Source: Cetorhinus maximus
Lineage: Eukaryota
Assembly: GCF_964194155.1 (NCBI RefSeq)
Contig: NC_135882.1
Span: forward strand, 2,666,001 to 2,730,000
DNA length: 64,000 nucleotides
Direction: 5' to 3'
Positions 44,380 through 56,289 of this stretch are shown here, one piece after another. A program made the translations under genes and the position numbers. The notes below the pieces were generated by a model that saw only the letters and a program-made list of their open reading frames with translations, ran no database searches and was not told where the DNA came from. Numbering within the stretch: the first letter of the stretch is position 1; each line of letters opens with the position of its first letter.

Positions 44380-45080
44380 CCCCAGGGCCGCAGCCTCAGC
44401 CTCACCTCTCTGTGCGCCTGTCTCTCTCTCTCTCTCCAAACCGGGCCCCAAGGAGACGGCGCCCCAGCCACACCGCTTCCCCCCGGACACCCGCGGCCCC
44501 CGCACAACAGTTCCTGGGCGCCGGGAACCGGGTTTGTGACCCATTCCTGGAGTCAATAAAAACACAAGGGGGCCGCGCAACAAAAAAAAAGCGAGAGAGA
44601 GAGAGAAATATTTCTTTTTCTTTATATAAAAAAAAGTGAATGAATCCTGTTAGATTGTAACTGAGGAGCGGCGGAAATGACGGGTGCCGCCGCGATCATC
44701 GTCCCCCGAATACCGAACAGAACGACATCAAATCATAACCTCACAGCTAAACTAATCCGGCGTTACAAACACAGAAAGTATTTGTAAATGAATATTGATA
44801 GGTGTCAGCAAACCCAACCGCGGGTATTTAGTTAACACGGTAACAATCTATCCGGAGGACTACAACTCCCGGCATGCCCCCCGGGCTGGCGACCGGAAGA
44901 GCCTGGCGGACAGCCGGAAGTGAATGATGGCGGCTGCGAATTGTTCCCTCAGTGTCTGCCGGCACCTCCTCGACCCCAAGTTTGACAGTTACAAACTCTC
45001 CCTGGAGACGCTGCCCATTTACACTGTGGAGTTAGATGGCGGTGAGTTACCGGGGCAGCCGCCCCTCCCCCAGCGCCAAC
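44380..45080. promoter_or_regulatory. CpG-rich bidirectional promoter region ENY2/NUDCD1
   Basis: CpG density far above background; ZNF143/Staf ACTACAACTCCCGGCATGCC 44859-44878; ETS ACCGGAAG 44892-44899 and CCGGAAGTG 44914-44922; YY1-like ATGGCGGC 44927-44934; ETS-CRE-like GCGGAAATGACG 44671-44682; X-box-like GTTAACACGGTAAC 44831-44844. Confidence 0.85.
44924..45041 (+). CDS. NUDCD1: NUDCD1 coding exon 1 (MMAAANCSLSVCRHLLDPKFDSYKLSLETLPIYTVELDG); remainder not found in window
   Basis: Matches remembered human [39 protein letters not shown]; 118 nt, G|gtgagt donor; head-to-head with ENY2. Confidence 0.93.
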
Positions 45081-45104
45081 ATGTCTGCAGGCAAAAAAAA
45101 AAGA

Positions 45105-46040
45105 GAAACCCGCATTTCCATAGCGCCTTTCACATCCTCAGGGTGCTCCAAAGCCCCCTTTCCAGATAAGGAAGGGCTGTTTGAAATGTAGTTACCTTTG
45201 TAATGTAGGAAACATGACAGTAATTCTATGCACAGCGAGATCCCACAAACGGCGATGTGATAACGGCCAGATAATTTGTTTTCCAGTTGTTAGTGAGGGC
45301 TGAATGTTGGCCAGGACACCAGGGAGAACCGCACCCCTCCCCTCCCCACTGGCTCTTCCTCAAAATCACGGCCATAGAATCTTCTACGTCCACCCGAGAG
45401 GACAGACAGGACGTCGGTCTACTGTCTCGTCTGAAAGAAAGCACCTCCGACGTTGCTGTACTCCCTCAGCACCGCACTGGGTATGTCTGCCTGGATTTTT
45501 GGGCTCAGGTCTTCTAGAGTGCGGTTTGAATCCACAACCTTCTGACTCATACGTACAAACATATGGATTAGGAGCAGGAGTAGGCCCTGAGCCTGCTCTG
45601 CCGTTAAATAAGATCATAGCCAATCTGGTTGTGGCCTCAACTCCTTATTCCTGCCTGCTCCCCCACAACCCTTGACTCCTTTGTTAATCAAGAATTTATC
45701 TAAATCGGTGTTAAAAATATTCAATGACCCAGCCTCTACTACTCTCTGGGGTAGAGAATTCTACAGACTAATGACTTTTTGAGAGTAAAAAAATTCTTCT
45801 AATCCCCATCTTAAATGGGAGATCCCTTATTTTTAAACTCTGTCCCCTAGTTCCAGTCTCTCCCATAAGGTGAAACATCCTCTTGGCATCCACCCTGTCA
45901 AGTCCCCTCAGGATCTTATATGCAGTAATAAGATCACTTCTCATTCTTCTGAGCACCAGTGCATGCAGGCCCAACCTGCCCAACCTTTCTTCATGAGATA
46001 ATTCCTTCATCCCAGAGGCAAGAAAGACCAACTGAGCCAT
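45105..46040 (-). mobile_element. Deu-SINE interrupted by a CR1 3' fragment (about 45550-46013)
   Basis: SINE complement ...caaccttctgactca | CR1 | cagaggcaagaaagaccaactgagcca resumes. Confidence 0.7.
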
Positions 46041-46954
46041 GAATGGTGCCAGTTCAACTCAACTTTTCAGCATTTTCTGCTGGACCTACCCACGAACAAA
46101 TTGTGCTTTTTTAAAAATGACCTCTAACAGCCTTTCCAAAAAAGAACTCTTAAGCACATCATGCACTAAGGTTCAATATTTTGTGGTGCCTCATTGAAAT
46201 GGCTAATTATTATTGGTAATGTTATAAAGGTGGAACTGTTAGTTTGGTTCAGATGGCAGCACTCTTGAAGCAAAGGGTTGTGGCTTCAAGCCCCATTGCA
46301 AAAATTCAGCAAATAATCCAGGCTGGCACCTCGTTGTGCTTGTGAGGGTTAGCTGCCTAGTTCAGAGTTAAACTGCGGGCCTGTCTACCTAATCGGGTGG
46401 GTTTAAAATATCATGGGGCACCATTTGATAAAGAATAATGGAGTTCTGGTGTTCTACATAACAACAGTGTCTTAACCAATGACACCAAAACAGATTAACT
46501 GGCAATTCTAATATTATTGGTGGGATCTTGCGATGCTTAAATTGGCAGCTTACTTGAAAGTGACTCCACTTCAAAGGAATTGCTTGTGCTTTGGGATGTG
46601 ATAAGCTGCTATGTAAATGCTGCTTTCTGAATTGTCTTTTATTTAATACAGGTATTCACTTTATGTTTCAGATGGTAAATTTAGTGTCCAGTGGGAAATA
46701 GCTATACAAACCAGGAATGTACCGGGCTCAATCTTGATCTATGCTGACTTAGCTTATTTCAACCATGGAGGTTTATAAAACTGAAGGAGGCCATTTGGCC
46801 TGCTGTGTGTGTGCCTACTCTTTTTGGTGCAGAAACCCACAGCTAATCCTACTGGCCTCTCTCCTAGCCCACGTGCCTTTCTATGCTTCATCTGTTCTTT
46901 GCCTCAGCTGCTTAAAGCAAAACATTTCAACCTCTAATAACTGTCTGCAAACAG

Positions 46955-47556
46955 AACATAAGATCATAAGAAATAAGAGCAGGCGTAGGCCATTCGACCC
47001 TCTGTGCATTCTCTGCCATTCAATACGATCAGGGCTGATCTGATTGTGGCCTTAACACCACTTCCCTGCCTCCCCTAATAATCCTAACTCCTTTGTAGAT
47101 CAAAAATCTGCCTAACTCAGCCTTGAATATATTCAATGACCCAGCCTCTACTTTTTTGGGAATTCCAATTCCAAACCCTAATCACCTTCTGAGAGAAAAA
47201 ATTCCTCCTCATCTCCATCTTAAATTGGAGATCCCTTGTTTTGGAACTGTGCCCCTTAGTTCTAGATTCCATCATGAGGGGAAGCATCATTTGGGCATCC
47301 ACCCCGCCAAGTCCCCTCAATCTTATATGTTTCAATTCTGTGGATTTCTCTCCCTCAGAGCAGTGGAGGCAGGATCATTGAATATTTTTAAGGCTGAGTT
47401 AGATAGATTCTTGATTGACAAGGGAGTCAAGGGTTACCGAGAGTAGGCAAGAAAGTGGAGTTGAAGTCACAATCAGGTCAGCCATGATATTATCAAATGA
47501 TGGAGCAAGCTTGGGGGGCTGAATGGCCTCCTGTTCCTAATTCATATGTTTTTATG
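46955..47556. mobile_element. Two CR1 3' ends in inverted, tail-out orientation
   Basis: Minus copy about 46955-47335, plus copy about 47336-47556; shared gaatattt..aaggctgagttag segment. Confidence 0.7.
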
Positions 47557-47698
47557 TATGAGACAGAAGATTGTGAATTCAAACCCCACTCTGGAGACAT
47601 AGCACAAAAATCCAGGCAGTTGCACCCAGTGTGGTATTGAGGGAGTGCTGCAATGTTACAGGTGCTGTCTTTCAGACAAGACATTAGAACAAGGTCCT

Positions 47699-48670
47699 AA
47701 AAACAAAAAACTACTGTGGATGCTGGAAATCCAAAACAAAAACAGAATTACCTGGAAAAACTCAGCAGGTCTGGCAGCATCGGCGGAGAAGAAAAGAGTT
47801 GACGTTTTGAGTCCTCATGACCCTTCAACAGAACTGAGTAATATTAGGAGAGGGGTGAAATATAAGCTGGTTTAAGGGTGGGGGGGAGAGAGAAGTTGTG
47901 GGGGGGTGGTTGTACGGACAAGCAAGCAGTGATAGGAGCAGATAATTAAAAGATGTCACAGACAAAGGAACAAAGAGGTGTTGAAGGTGGTGATATTATC
48001 TAAACGAATGTGCTAATTAAGAATGGATGGCAGGACACTCAAGGTACAGCTCTAGTGGGATGGAGTGGAAAGACTGACAGGGCATTAAAAGGTATAGATT
48101 TAAAAATAATGGAAATAGGTGGGAAAAGAAACATCTATATAAATTATTGGAAAAAACAAAAGGAAGGGGGAAGAAATGGAAAGGGGGTGGGGATGGAGGA
48201 GGGAGTTCAAGATCTAAAGTTGTTGAATTCAATATTCAGCCCGGAAGGCTGTAAAGTGCCTAGTCGGAAGATGAGGTGCTGTTCCTCCAGTTTGCGTTGG
48301 GCTTCACTGGAACAATGCAGCAGGCCAAGGACAGACATGTGGGCAAGAGAGCAGGGTGGATGGAGTGTTAAAATGGCAAGCGACAGGGAGGTTTGGGTCT
48401 TTCTTGCAGACAGACCGCAGGTGTTCTGCAAAGCGGTCGCCCAGTTTGCGTTTGGTGTCTCCAATGTGGAGGAGACCGCATTGGGAGCAACGAATGCAGT
48501 AGACTAAGTTAGGGGAAATGCAAGTGAAATGCTGCTTCACTTGAAAGGAGTGTTTGGGCCCTTGGACGGTGAGGAGAGAGGAAGTGAAGGGGCAGGTGTT
48601 GCATCTTCTGCGTGGGCATGGGGAGGTGCCATAGGTGGGGGTTGAGGAGTAGGGGGTGATGGAGGAGGGT
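47699..48670 (-). mobile_element. 5'-truncated Penelope-like element: GIY-YIG endonuclease plus 3' terminus with hammerhead-like motif
   Basis: CPRRRCNTC...NLVYCIRCSQCGLLHIGDTKRKLGDRFAEH...VACHFN / RKLEEQHLIFRLGTLQPSGLN (one frameshift); TSD gaacaaggtcct at 47687-47698 and 48671-48682; inserted in a Deu-SINE. Confidence 0.92.
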
Positions 48671-51529
48671 GAACAAGGTCCTGTCTGTCTTAGGAGGATG
48701 TAGAAGATCTGTGGCACTGCTTTGAAGACGACCTGGGGGTGGTGGTTCTCCCTGGTATCCTGGCTAATATTCAACCCTCATCAAACAACTGGAGCACCTC
48801 TCGTTCTTCTAAACTCCAATGAGTACAGGCCCAACCTGCTCAACCTTTCCTCAAAGACAAACCCCTCATTCCAGGAATGAGCCTAGTGAATCTTCTCTGA
48901 ACTGCTTTGAATGCACGTATGTCCCTCTTTAAGTAAGGTGGCCAAAACTGCATACAGTATCCTCACCCCCCTCTCCTTCTGACAATTTTAAGTCAACTCC
49001 TTCTCACTGACTTGCAACCAGAGAAAACTGCCTTTCCCTATTTGTTTTAACAAAATTCCTCCTAATTTTAAAAGTAATTTTAATTTACTCTAGGGCTTCT
49101 CTGTGGTACAATTCGTAGTATTTCTTGTATAGTTAGAAAATGTAAGCATTCTAATTGACGACAGGTGTGAGAAAGACAGTTACCAACATCCCAAACATAA
49201 AACATTGAATTCAATGCACACATTGATCTTTTAGAAACTCAAAACCAGTGCTGGGTGATCTGGGAGCACTCCCACCCCCCCCCCCCCCCCCCCCCACCCA
49301 CCCCCGTGATGTCACATCTGTAGCTTCCCCTCTCCCTGTCTCCCTCCATCTCTCTCTCTATCACTGCAGAGAAGTAACGTGTTGGTTAGGTTACAGTTCG
49401 AATAATATGTCTACTTTCGCGCCTCTTACTTTGTATAGGATTCAAGACCTTGCCTAGGATGCAGGAGAGATTCACTGAGATGATATTAAAAATAAGAAGC
49501 CTTAGTTATTCACGGACACTTAAGAAAGTGAAGCTCTATTCATTTAAATTTCAATGGTGTTCAAAATTGAGGGGCTTTGAGGAGGTTGAGGAGTTAAAAA
49601 TTATTTCTACAGATTGATGCATCAGTAACAAAAGAGCATGTATTTACTACCAAAAGAATGAAGGAGATTTTTTATTTGGAGGGAATTATTAGGATATGAA
49701 TAACCCTTTGGGATATAGCGATTAATGCAAAATTCAAAATAGCTTTTGAAAAGGAATCTGGAACTCCCTCCCTAACAGCACTGTGGGTGTACCTACACCA
49801 CATGGACTGCAGCGGTTCAAGAAGGCAGCTCACCACCACCTTCTCAAGGGCAATTAGGGTTGGCAATAAATGCTGTCATAGCCAGTGACATCCACATCCG
49901 GTGAACAAATAAATTAAAAAAAAAAGGTAAAAAATTGAAAAAATAAAATATAAGGATATGGAGGACAGGATAAGGGAATAGGAAATCAGAGAGCCAGCAC
50001 AGGGAAGATGGGCCCAATGGCTGCCAATGCTTCAAATTATCGATACACCACATTTTGATTACATTTTACAGCTACAGTCTTTCATGTTGCGTTATGCTGT
50101 ATTGTGGGATACTCACTGTACTTTCCTCTTACCAGGTTATATGAGAGGAATCCACTGACCATGTGTAAGGAAAGGGAGGGCAGCTCATGTGCCCATTGCA
50201 TATTAATAAAACATCAGCGTGTGCTGGCCCATAGTGATAACAGCGGTATGAATTTCATCAGTCATTGCTGTCTGTCCTCTAGCCTGTATTATCAAATCAT
50301 ACAGCACAGGATGAGGCCATTTGACCCATCATGCCAATGTTCACTCTTTGAAAGAGCTATTCATTTACTGTCTCCCCTGCTACTTCTCCCATTGTCCTGC
50401 ACACTTTCCTTTTCAAGTATTTATCCAATTCCCTTTTGAAAGTTATTATTGAATCTACGTCCACCACCCTTTCAAATTGTGTACTCCAGGTCATCATAAC
50501 TTGTTGTGTTTAAGAAATAGCCTCAACTCTCCTAATTCTTTTGTCAACCACTTTAATTGTGTGTCCTTGCTGGCCTCTATCACGGTGCTGCTGTATTTTG
50601 CAATAAAAAATCTGAAGGACCTTGCAGACATGTTTTGCCAAGTCAAAGATAAAGGTCTGTCCTGCAGTATAATTAGCAAAAGTATAATCTTAAGAGCTTT
50701 TGAAATGGATACTTCAGTAGTTTCCTGCCAAAAAACTCAGATGTGTAATTGGGTAAACAAACATGTTAATGAAGCCAAATGGGAAGTGTCACACAGCGGA
50801 AGAAAGATTGAAGAGTGAACATGGACCTGGGAACAGAAGTATATTTGTCACTTCTCAACTTTGTGAATTAAAAAGAACAAATGGTTGAATCCATAGCCAG
50901 ACGAGTGCAGTAGAAACCTGCAAAGCGAAGGACTGGTTATTTTCATGCCTGCGTGTCCCTGGAGAGTGAGCATGCCTGTTTGCTGGAATGCTGGCAGTCT
51001 TCTGCCACTGGGGGCACTGGAGGGACTGGAGTTTATTGTGGGCACCTGGAACATTATGCTTGAATTTGATAAGTTTCCTTTAATTTATTTATAATTTGCA
51101 GTTTATTATTTGCGCCTCTGTAACGAGGAGCACTTTGTTAACTTTTGTTAATTACTGTTGATGACATCTGTCATCCCCATTGATGTTTTACCAAAAGGGT
51201 TAGCAATGGACTGGTCGGGCTGCACATGTGGTCCCTGTGAAATTCTGGAACAAGAATGAGCACAAGTGGAGAGGCAGTGAACTGCAATGAAAGATTAAGC
51301 ATTAAGCACAAATCCAGAAAGAAGGCTTCACTGACATACATAAAGTATTGAATGGCAGAGAAATAATAAACCCAGAGCTTTAACTCCAAGGCAGATCAGG
51401 TCTGTAGAACACAGGACAGAAAATGAAATTACTGAAAGGTAAATTTAAATTTATGTTAGCAAAACATTTTTACTCTTAAGTGTGATTGATCTAAATTATT
51501 AATGAAGGGAATGGGGTCATAGTCTCTTG

Positions 51530-52560
51530 TTCGTTTGTTCATTGTCATCATAGCCTTAGCTGGGGCTGTTGGCTTTGTCTTCTTCTCTGGCTTTCTTCAA
51601 GCCTCCCTCAGTCCATGTCGCAGTGTTATCCACCCATTCGATTTTTCTTCTTCCTTTCCTTTTATCCTCAATTTTTCCTTCAATAGTTGCCAGGACAAGG
51701 CTGTCAGGTCTTTGTTTCCAATGCCTGTACTTGGCTATCTTTCGCTCTCTAACTGTATTTAGCAACCATTTTGATTCTAGAACTTTTAATCTAACCCACT
51801 CATCGGTCATTCTGTCCATCCAGCTGAATCTGAGCATCCTCCACCAAACCCACATTTCAAAAGCTGTCCTCCTCCCCTCATCTTTTTTCTTCAGAGTCCA
51901 ACTCTCACATTCCTAGAGTGTAACACTCCACACCGGTGACTTGACTAGACATTTTTCAGCTTCATGCTGATGCTTTTGGACTTCCAGATACTACTTAAAT
52001 CACTGGTCACCACTCTTGCCGTAGCTAATCTAACCTGGGTTTCATTCTTGGATTTACCTTTGGTGTTTATCATTGAGCCAAGGTACTGGAATTTGTCCAC
52101 TGCCTCTATCTCTGTGTTTCCAATCTTGACTTTTCCATTGCCATTTAGAGCTGTAACATTGGTCTTTGTCTCACTTATGTTCAGTCCAAAAGATTTCACT
52201 GTGCTTTTTGACTAGGCCTGCCATAGTCTCTCGCTGTTCCTTTGTTCTGGCTATGAGCGTGGCATCGTCTGCATACTAAGATTCCATATGCTATGACCTT
52301 TTATGATATGGCCACATCTCTCTAGTAACTCTTCCTGCACCATTCTCATTATCTTCTCTCCCACAGCATTAGTGACAGAAAATACCCCTGCTTGACTCCG
52401 TTTCAAACTGCAATTGGTTTGTATGCCCATCACCAACTCAGATGACTCCTGAAGCATTTCTGTTAGCTCTTGTATTAGCGACGCAAAATGTTTGGGTACA
52501 CCAGAGTCTGTAAGTGCCTTCCGTAGGGTATCATGCTGGACAGTGTCAAAAGCTGTGTCA
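51530..52560 (-). mobile_element. RTE-clade LINE 3' part (decayed)
   Basis: YADD near 52263-52275; GLNISETKT...VDKFQYLGS; MWVWWRMLRFSW...IEGKIEDKRKGRRKIEWVD. Confidence 0.85.
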
Positions 52561-52809
52561 AAGTCTCCACCTAGATATATATCTTTATGTAGATTTAAAT
52601 CTGTCTTTTAAAATTGTGTATAATTGACTCAAGAACACATGTAAAGCCGTTAATTTTAAACATGAAAAATGATGTACCTGGAAGTATGTATTGTTGATCT
52701 TATTAAATTCAAATGGGAAGGTCATGCTTGACTTGCCTTAAGCAAATATACAATATATTTGATTCTTAAAAAGCCTTCAGTAAGGTACTGCAAACTTGAG
52801 GTCTTTCAC

Positions 52810-53295
52810 AACACTGCTGCTTGTGCCCTGACTTGCACCCAAGCCCTGTTTGGCCATAGCCCCCTGTGTTTGCTGACCTACATTGGCTCTTGATCAAACA
52901 ATGTCACAATTTTAAAATTCTCATCCTGGTTTACAAATCGATTTGTTGCCTCGCCCCCTCCCAACCTCTGTAATCTCCTTTGCCTTCACAATCCCCCTAG
53001 ATATCTGCACTCCACAAAGCATTCTCAATTTGAAACACTCCACCATTGGTGGCTGTGCCTTCAGCTGCTTGGGCCCTAAACTCTGGAATTCCCTCCCTCA
53101 ACTTCTCTGCCCCTCTACCTCTCTCTCCTCCTTTAGATCTATCCTTAAAACCTATCTCTTTGACTCAGCGTTTTGTCACATGGCTGATTATCTCTTTATG
53201 TGGCTTGGTGTCCAATTTTGTCCCATAAACCTCCTGTGAAGTGCATTGGGATGTTTTACTATGTTAAAGATGGTATATAAATGCACAATGTTGTT
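52810..53295 (+). mobile_element. L2 LINE 3' fragment
   Basis: STIGGCAFSCLGPKLWNSLP...FRSILKTYLF; tail gtatataaatgcacaatgttgtt. Similar fragments near 15680-16005 and 37905-38350. Confidence 0.8.
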
Positions 53296-53315
53296 ATCCA
53301 ATTGTAAGGATGTGG

Positions 53316-53722
53316 ATAAAAGCAAGATACTGCAGATGCTGGCAATCTGAAATAAAAACAGAAAATGCTGGAAAAACTCAGCAACTGTGGAGAGAGAAAA
53401 AAACAAAGTTAACGTTTTGAGTCTGTATGACCCTTCTTCAGAGCTGAATAGAAGTGGAAATCTGATGTAATTTATACTGTTTAAGGGGGGTGGGGCAGGT
53501 GGAGCTGGATAGAAGGCCAGTGATAGGTAGGATTGACAAAGATGTCATGAACAAGAGGGCAAAGGGATTGTTAATGGTAATGGTTAGTACTAAAAAAGGT
53601 GCTAATAGTGGTGTAAAGATAAGAAAGCAAAATGTGATTATAGCAGAAAAAGGGTAGCATTGTGTGAAAGAACAACATGGAACAAAAACAGAAAATGCTG
53701 GCAAACCTCAGCAGGCCTAGCA
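53316..53722 (-). mobile_element. Penelope 3' region with tandem partial terminus
   Basis: Terminus at 53316; hammerhead-like CTGAAGA-AGGGTC ataca GACTC-AAAAC-GTT on minus (about 53407-53445); second partial terminus near 53682. Confidence 0.75.
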
Positions 53723-56289
53723 GGTTTTAGCAGGATCTGCTGATAGGGCTAGGTAAAAGAGGGATGGGAGGAGGTTCATGAAGAGCATAAACTGTATACC
53801 AGTTGGGCTGAATGGCCTGTTTGTGCCGTAGTCCTCATGCTGAGCTGCTGAGGTGAATAGACTGCATGCTGGCTAAGACCAGTTGGCAACTTCCTTCATG
53901 CTCAGGCACTTCACATCAGCTGCTGATTAAATATTAAAGTGTCAGTGAGCCTTGGAAAAAGTGACAAGTTTAAAGAGACGATACAGTATACATTGGTAAA
54001 CATCTTTGCCTGTTTTAAATCCTAGGTGCTATGAGATATATCATATTAATACATTTGCAGTTTCACAGTATTTCAAATGGTAACAATCCAAACAACTGTT
54101 GTCGCTTCCTAATGAATGTGGCCACAGATTGTAATTTCCTCACTTAAATCAGCTGCTTTCCTTTCTTGTGCTGGTTCAAGGAACTTTTCATCAATCATTC
54201 TTGTTTGACACAATTTCAGCAAATGTCAGTAACACAACTCAAATATATTCCGTTTTACTTCAGTGTTCAAAGCTAATTTGTACATCCACGCACGTGTTGT
54301 TGACTGAATGACATGTAAATATTCTATTCTGAATAACCCTTTTGGATTTGGCACAACTGATTTTTTTTCTCCTTGGCATTACAAAATGCTCGCTCTATAC
54401 TTCTGCAATATAGATCCCACAACCTTCACACAGCAGGGAGAGTGCAAATACTGGGCCAAGACTAACAGTCTGAAAGGAGAGAGACAAATAGATAAACTGG
54501 AAGAGAGGGAGAGACAGATGAGCAAAGAGATCCATGGGAAGGAATGGAAATGTTCTGTTGCACCAGTATCCACCTGTCAGTAGCGATGTGAGAAAAATAC
54601 TTGGCATTTCTGATTCATAGGGTCCTGGATTTGAGTCCTACAGCATGTAGTCTACACTGGCATTCCCAGTGCAACACTCGGAGTGCTACACTGTCAGAGG
54701 TACCACCTCAGGAGCATGTAAGAGATCCAATGGAACTATTTCAAAGAAGAGCATGGAATTTCTGTCTGGTGTTCTAGCCAATATTTATCCCTCAACCAGC
54801 AGTTCCTTCAAAAGTGCTTCATTGGTTGTATAGGGCTTTGGGAAGTCTTACAAGGGCGTTATATAAATCCAAGTATTTTGTTTTTCTTTATTGTGCCAGC
54901 CATTGTCAGGCATAGAAGCTTTGTGACCAGATCCTGAGAATACAGTACCATGAATGAACACAGTGTGGTGTGCGTGGTCTTGAAATAAGAATGCAGTATT
55001 TTTGAACAGCAGTATGCCTTGACTGAAATTGTTCCTGCTGTAGAGTTGCTAATAATGCGATATTGCAACCAATAACTATTATCTTTAGAATGTAATTTTT
55101 TTAAAAAAAGAACAGTAATTCTGTAATTTCTTACCAGAAGTTGCAGATTTAAGATAATTGGCAAAAGAATCAAGAGGTAGGATGAGAATTCTTTGGGCGG
55201 CATGCTGCTGTGTTCTAGAAGCATTTCCAGAAAGGGTGGTGGAAGCAGAATCAATATGGACTGTGGAAAGGAAATAGGATGTATACTTGGAGGGGAAAAT
55301 TTGCAAGGCTATGGGGGAATGGTACTATTTGGATAGCTCTGTCAAAGAGCTAGCACAGGCAGGATTGGCTGAAGTGGCTTGCATATGCTGTAAGATTCAA
55401 TGATTGTATCAAAAATGTGGGATAGCTGGGGCTCACCTTTGATGCCTGATTGGTGTTCGTGAACTGTAAATGCACATTGTGACTTATTCCTGCTGAATTT
55501 GGGATATAAATGTAGTTTTAAGGGGACTGATTCCTTATCTATTTTGATCTTTTTATTTTATCTCGTCCTTGATAATTTTTCTTTGTCATTTTCCTTCCCT
55601 CTCCTTTTCCTCCTCCCCAGCTAGTGTTGGATCTAAAACTTGCCTTGCCAAACAAACAAAATTTTAACCATGGTTCCCAAATTAATTTCCATTAGAGCTG
55701 GGGTGCACAAGCTATGGCCTGTGGTTTTCTATTTTTGCTTAAATGTCTAGCTTGTTAGCTAGTCCTGTTTGAGATTTGTGGGCCAAGAGATTTGGAGAGA
55801 ACATTAGTATTGTTGCCTTGTTGTTGGATAAATCCTAAACAGAGCACAAAGATCTGCTTCAGCAGTAGGATATATATGCGCGCACACTGGTGGGTTTCCA
55901 TTGTATGCACATAAGTGGCCTGTGAAGACTCAAAACTTGGATGCTGCTGCAAAAAAGGTTTCTCAGCATTTTGGTACAGCATCAAATAACTCTTAAACGT
56001 TTGATGCAGTACTTCAAGATGTTGAGAGAAGAGACACAATGAAACAATATACATTGCAGCAGTAAATTCAACTTCTGCAGTTCAATTCTTATGCCGATTA
56101 AGGTACTCTGTCAGTTTCCCACCAACGCCACCGCCCCCCCCACCTTCAAACTTTCTTTTTAACTATTTTTAAAAACGCAGTGTTGTCATAACTGTGTGGC
56201 TTAGGCACGGAGCGAGCATGTTGAATCCAGAAAACTTTTAGCCAAAACATTGTAAATCAGCAATCAAAGCTCTGAAATCCTGTTACTTT

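Noticed and set aside
42752-44639. Three overlapping 578-626 aa Pro/His/Thr-rich ORFs
   Set aside because: Translations of a stop-free C-rich minisatellite running through an N gap; open in all three frames.
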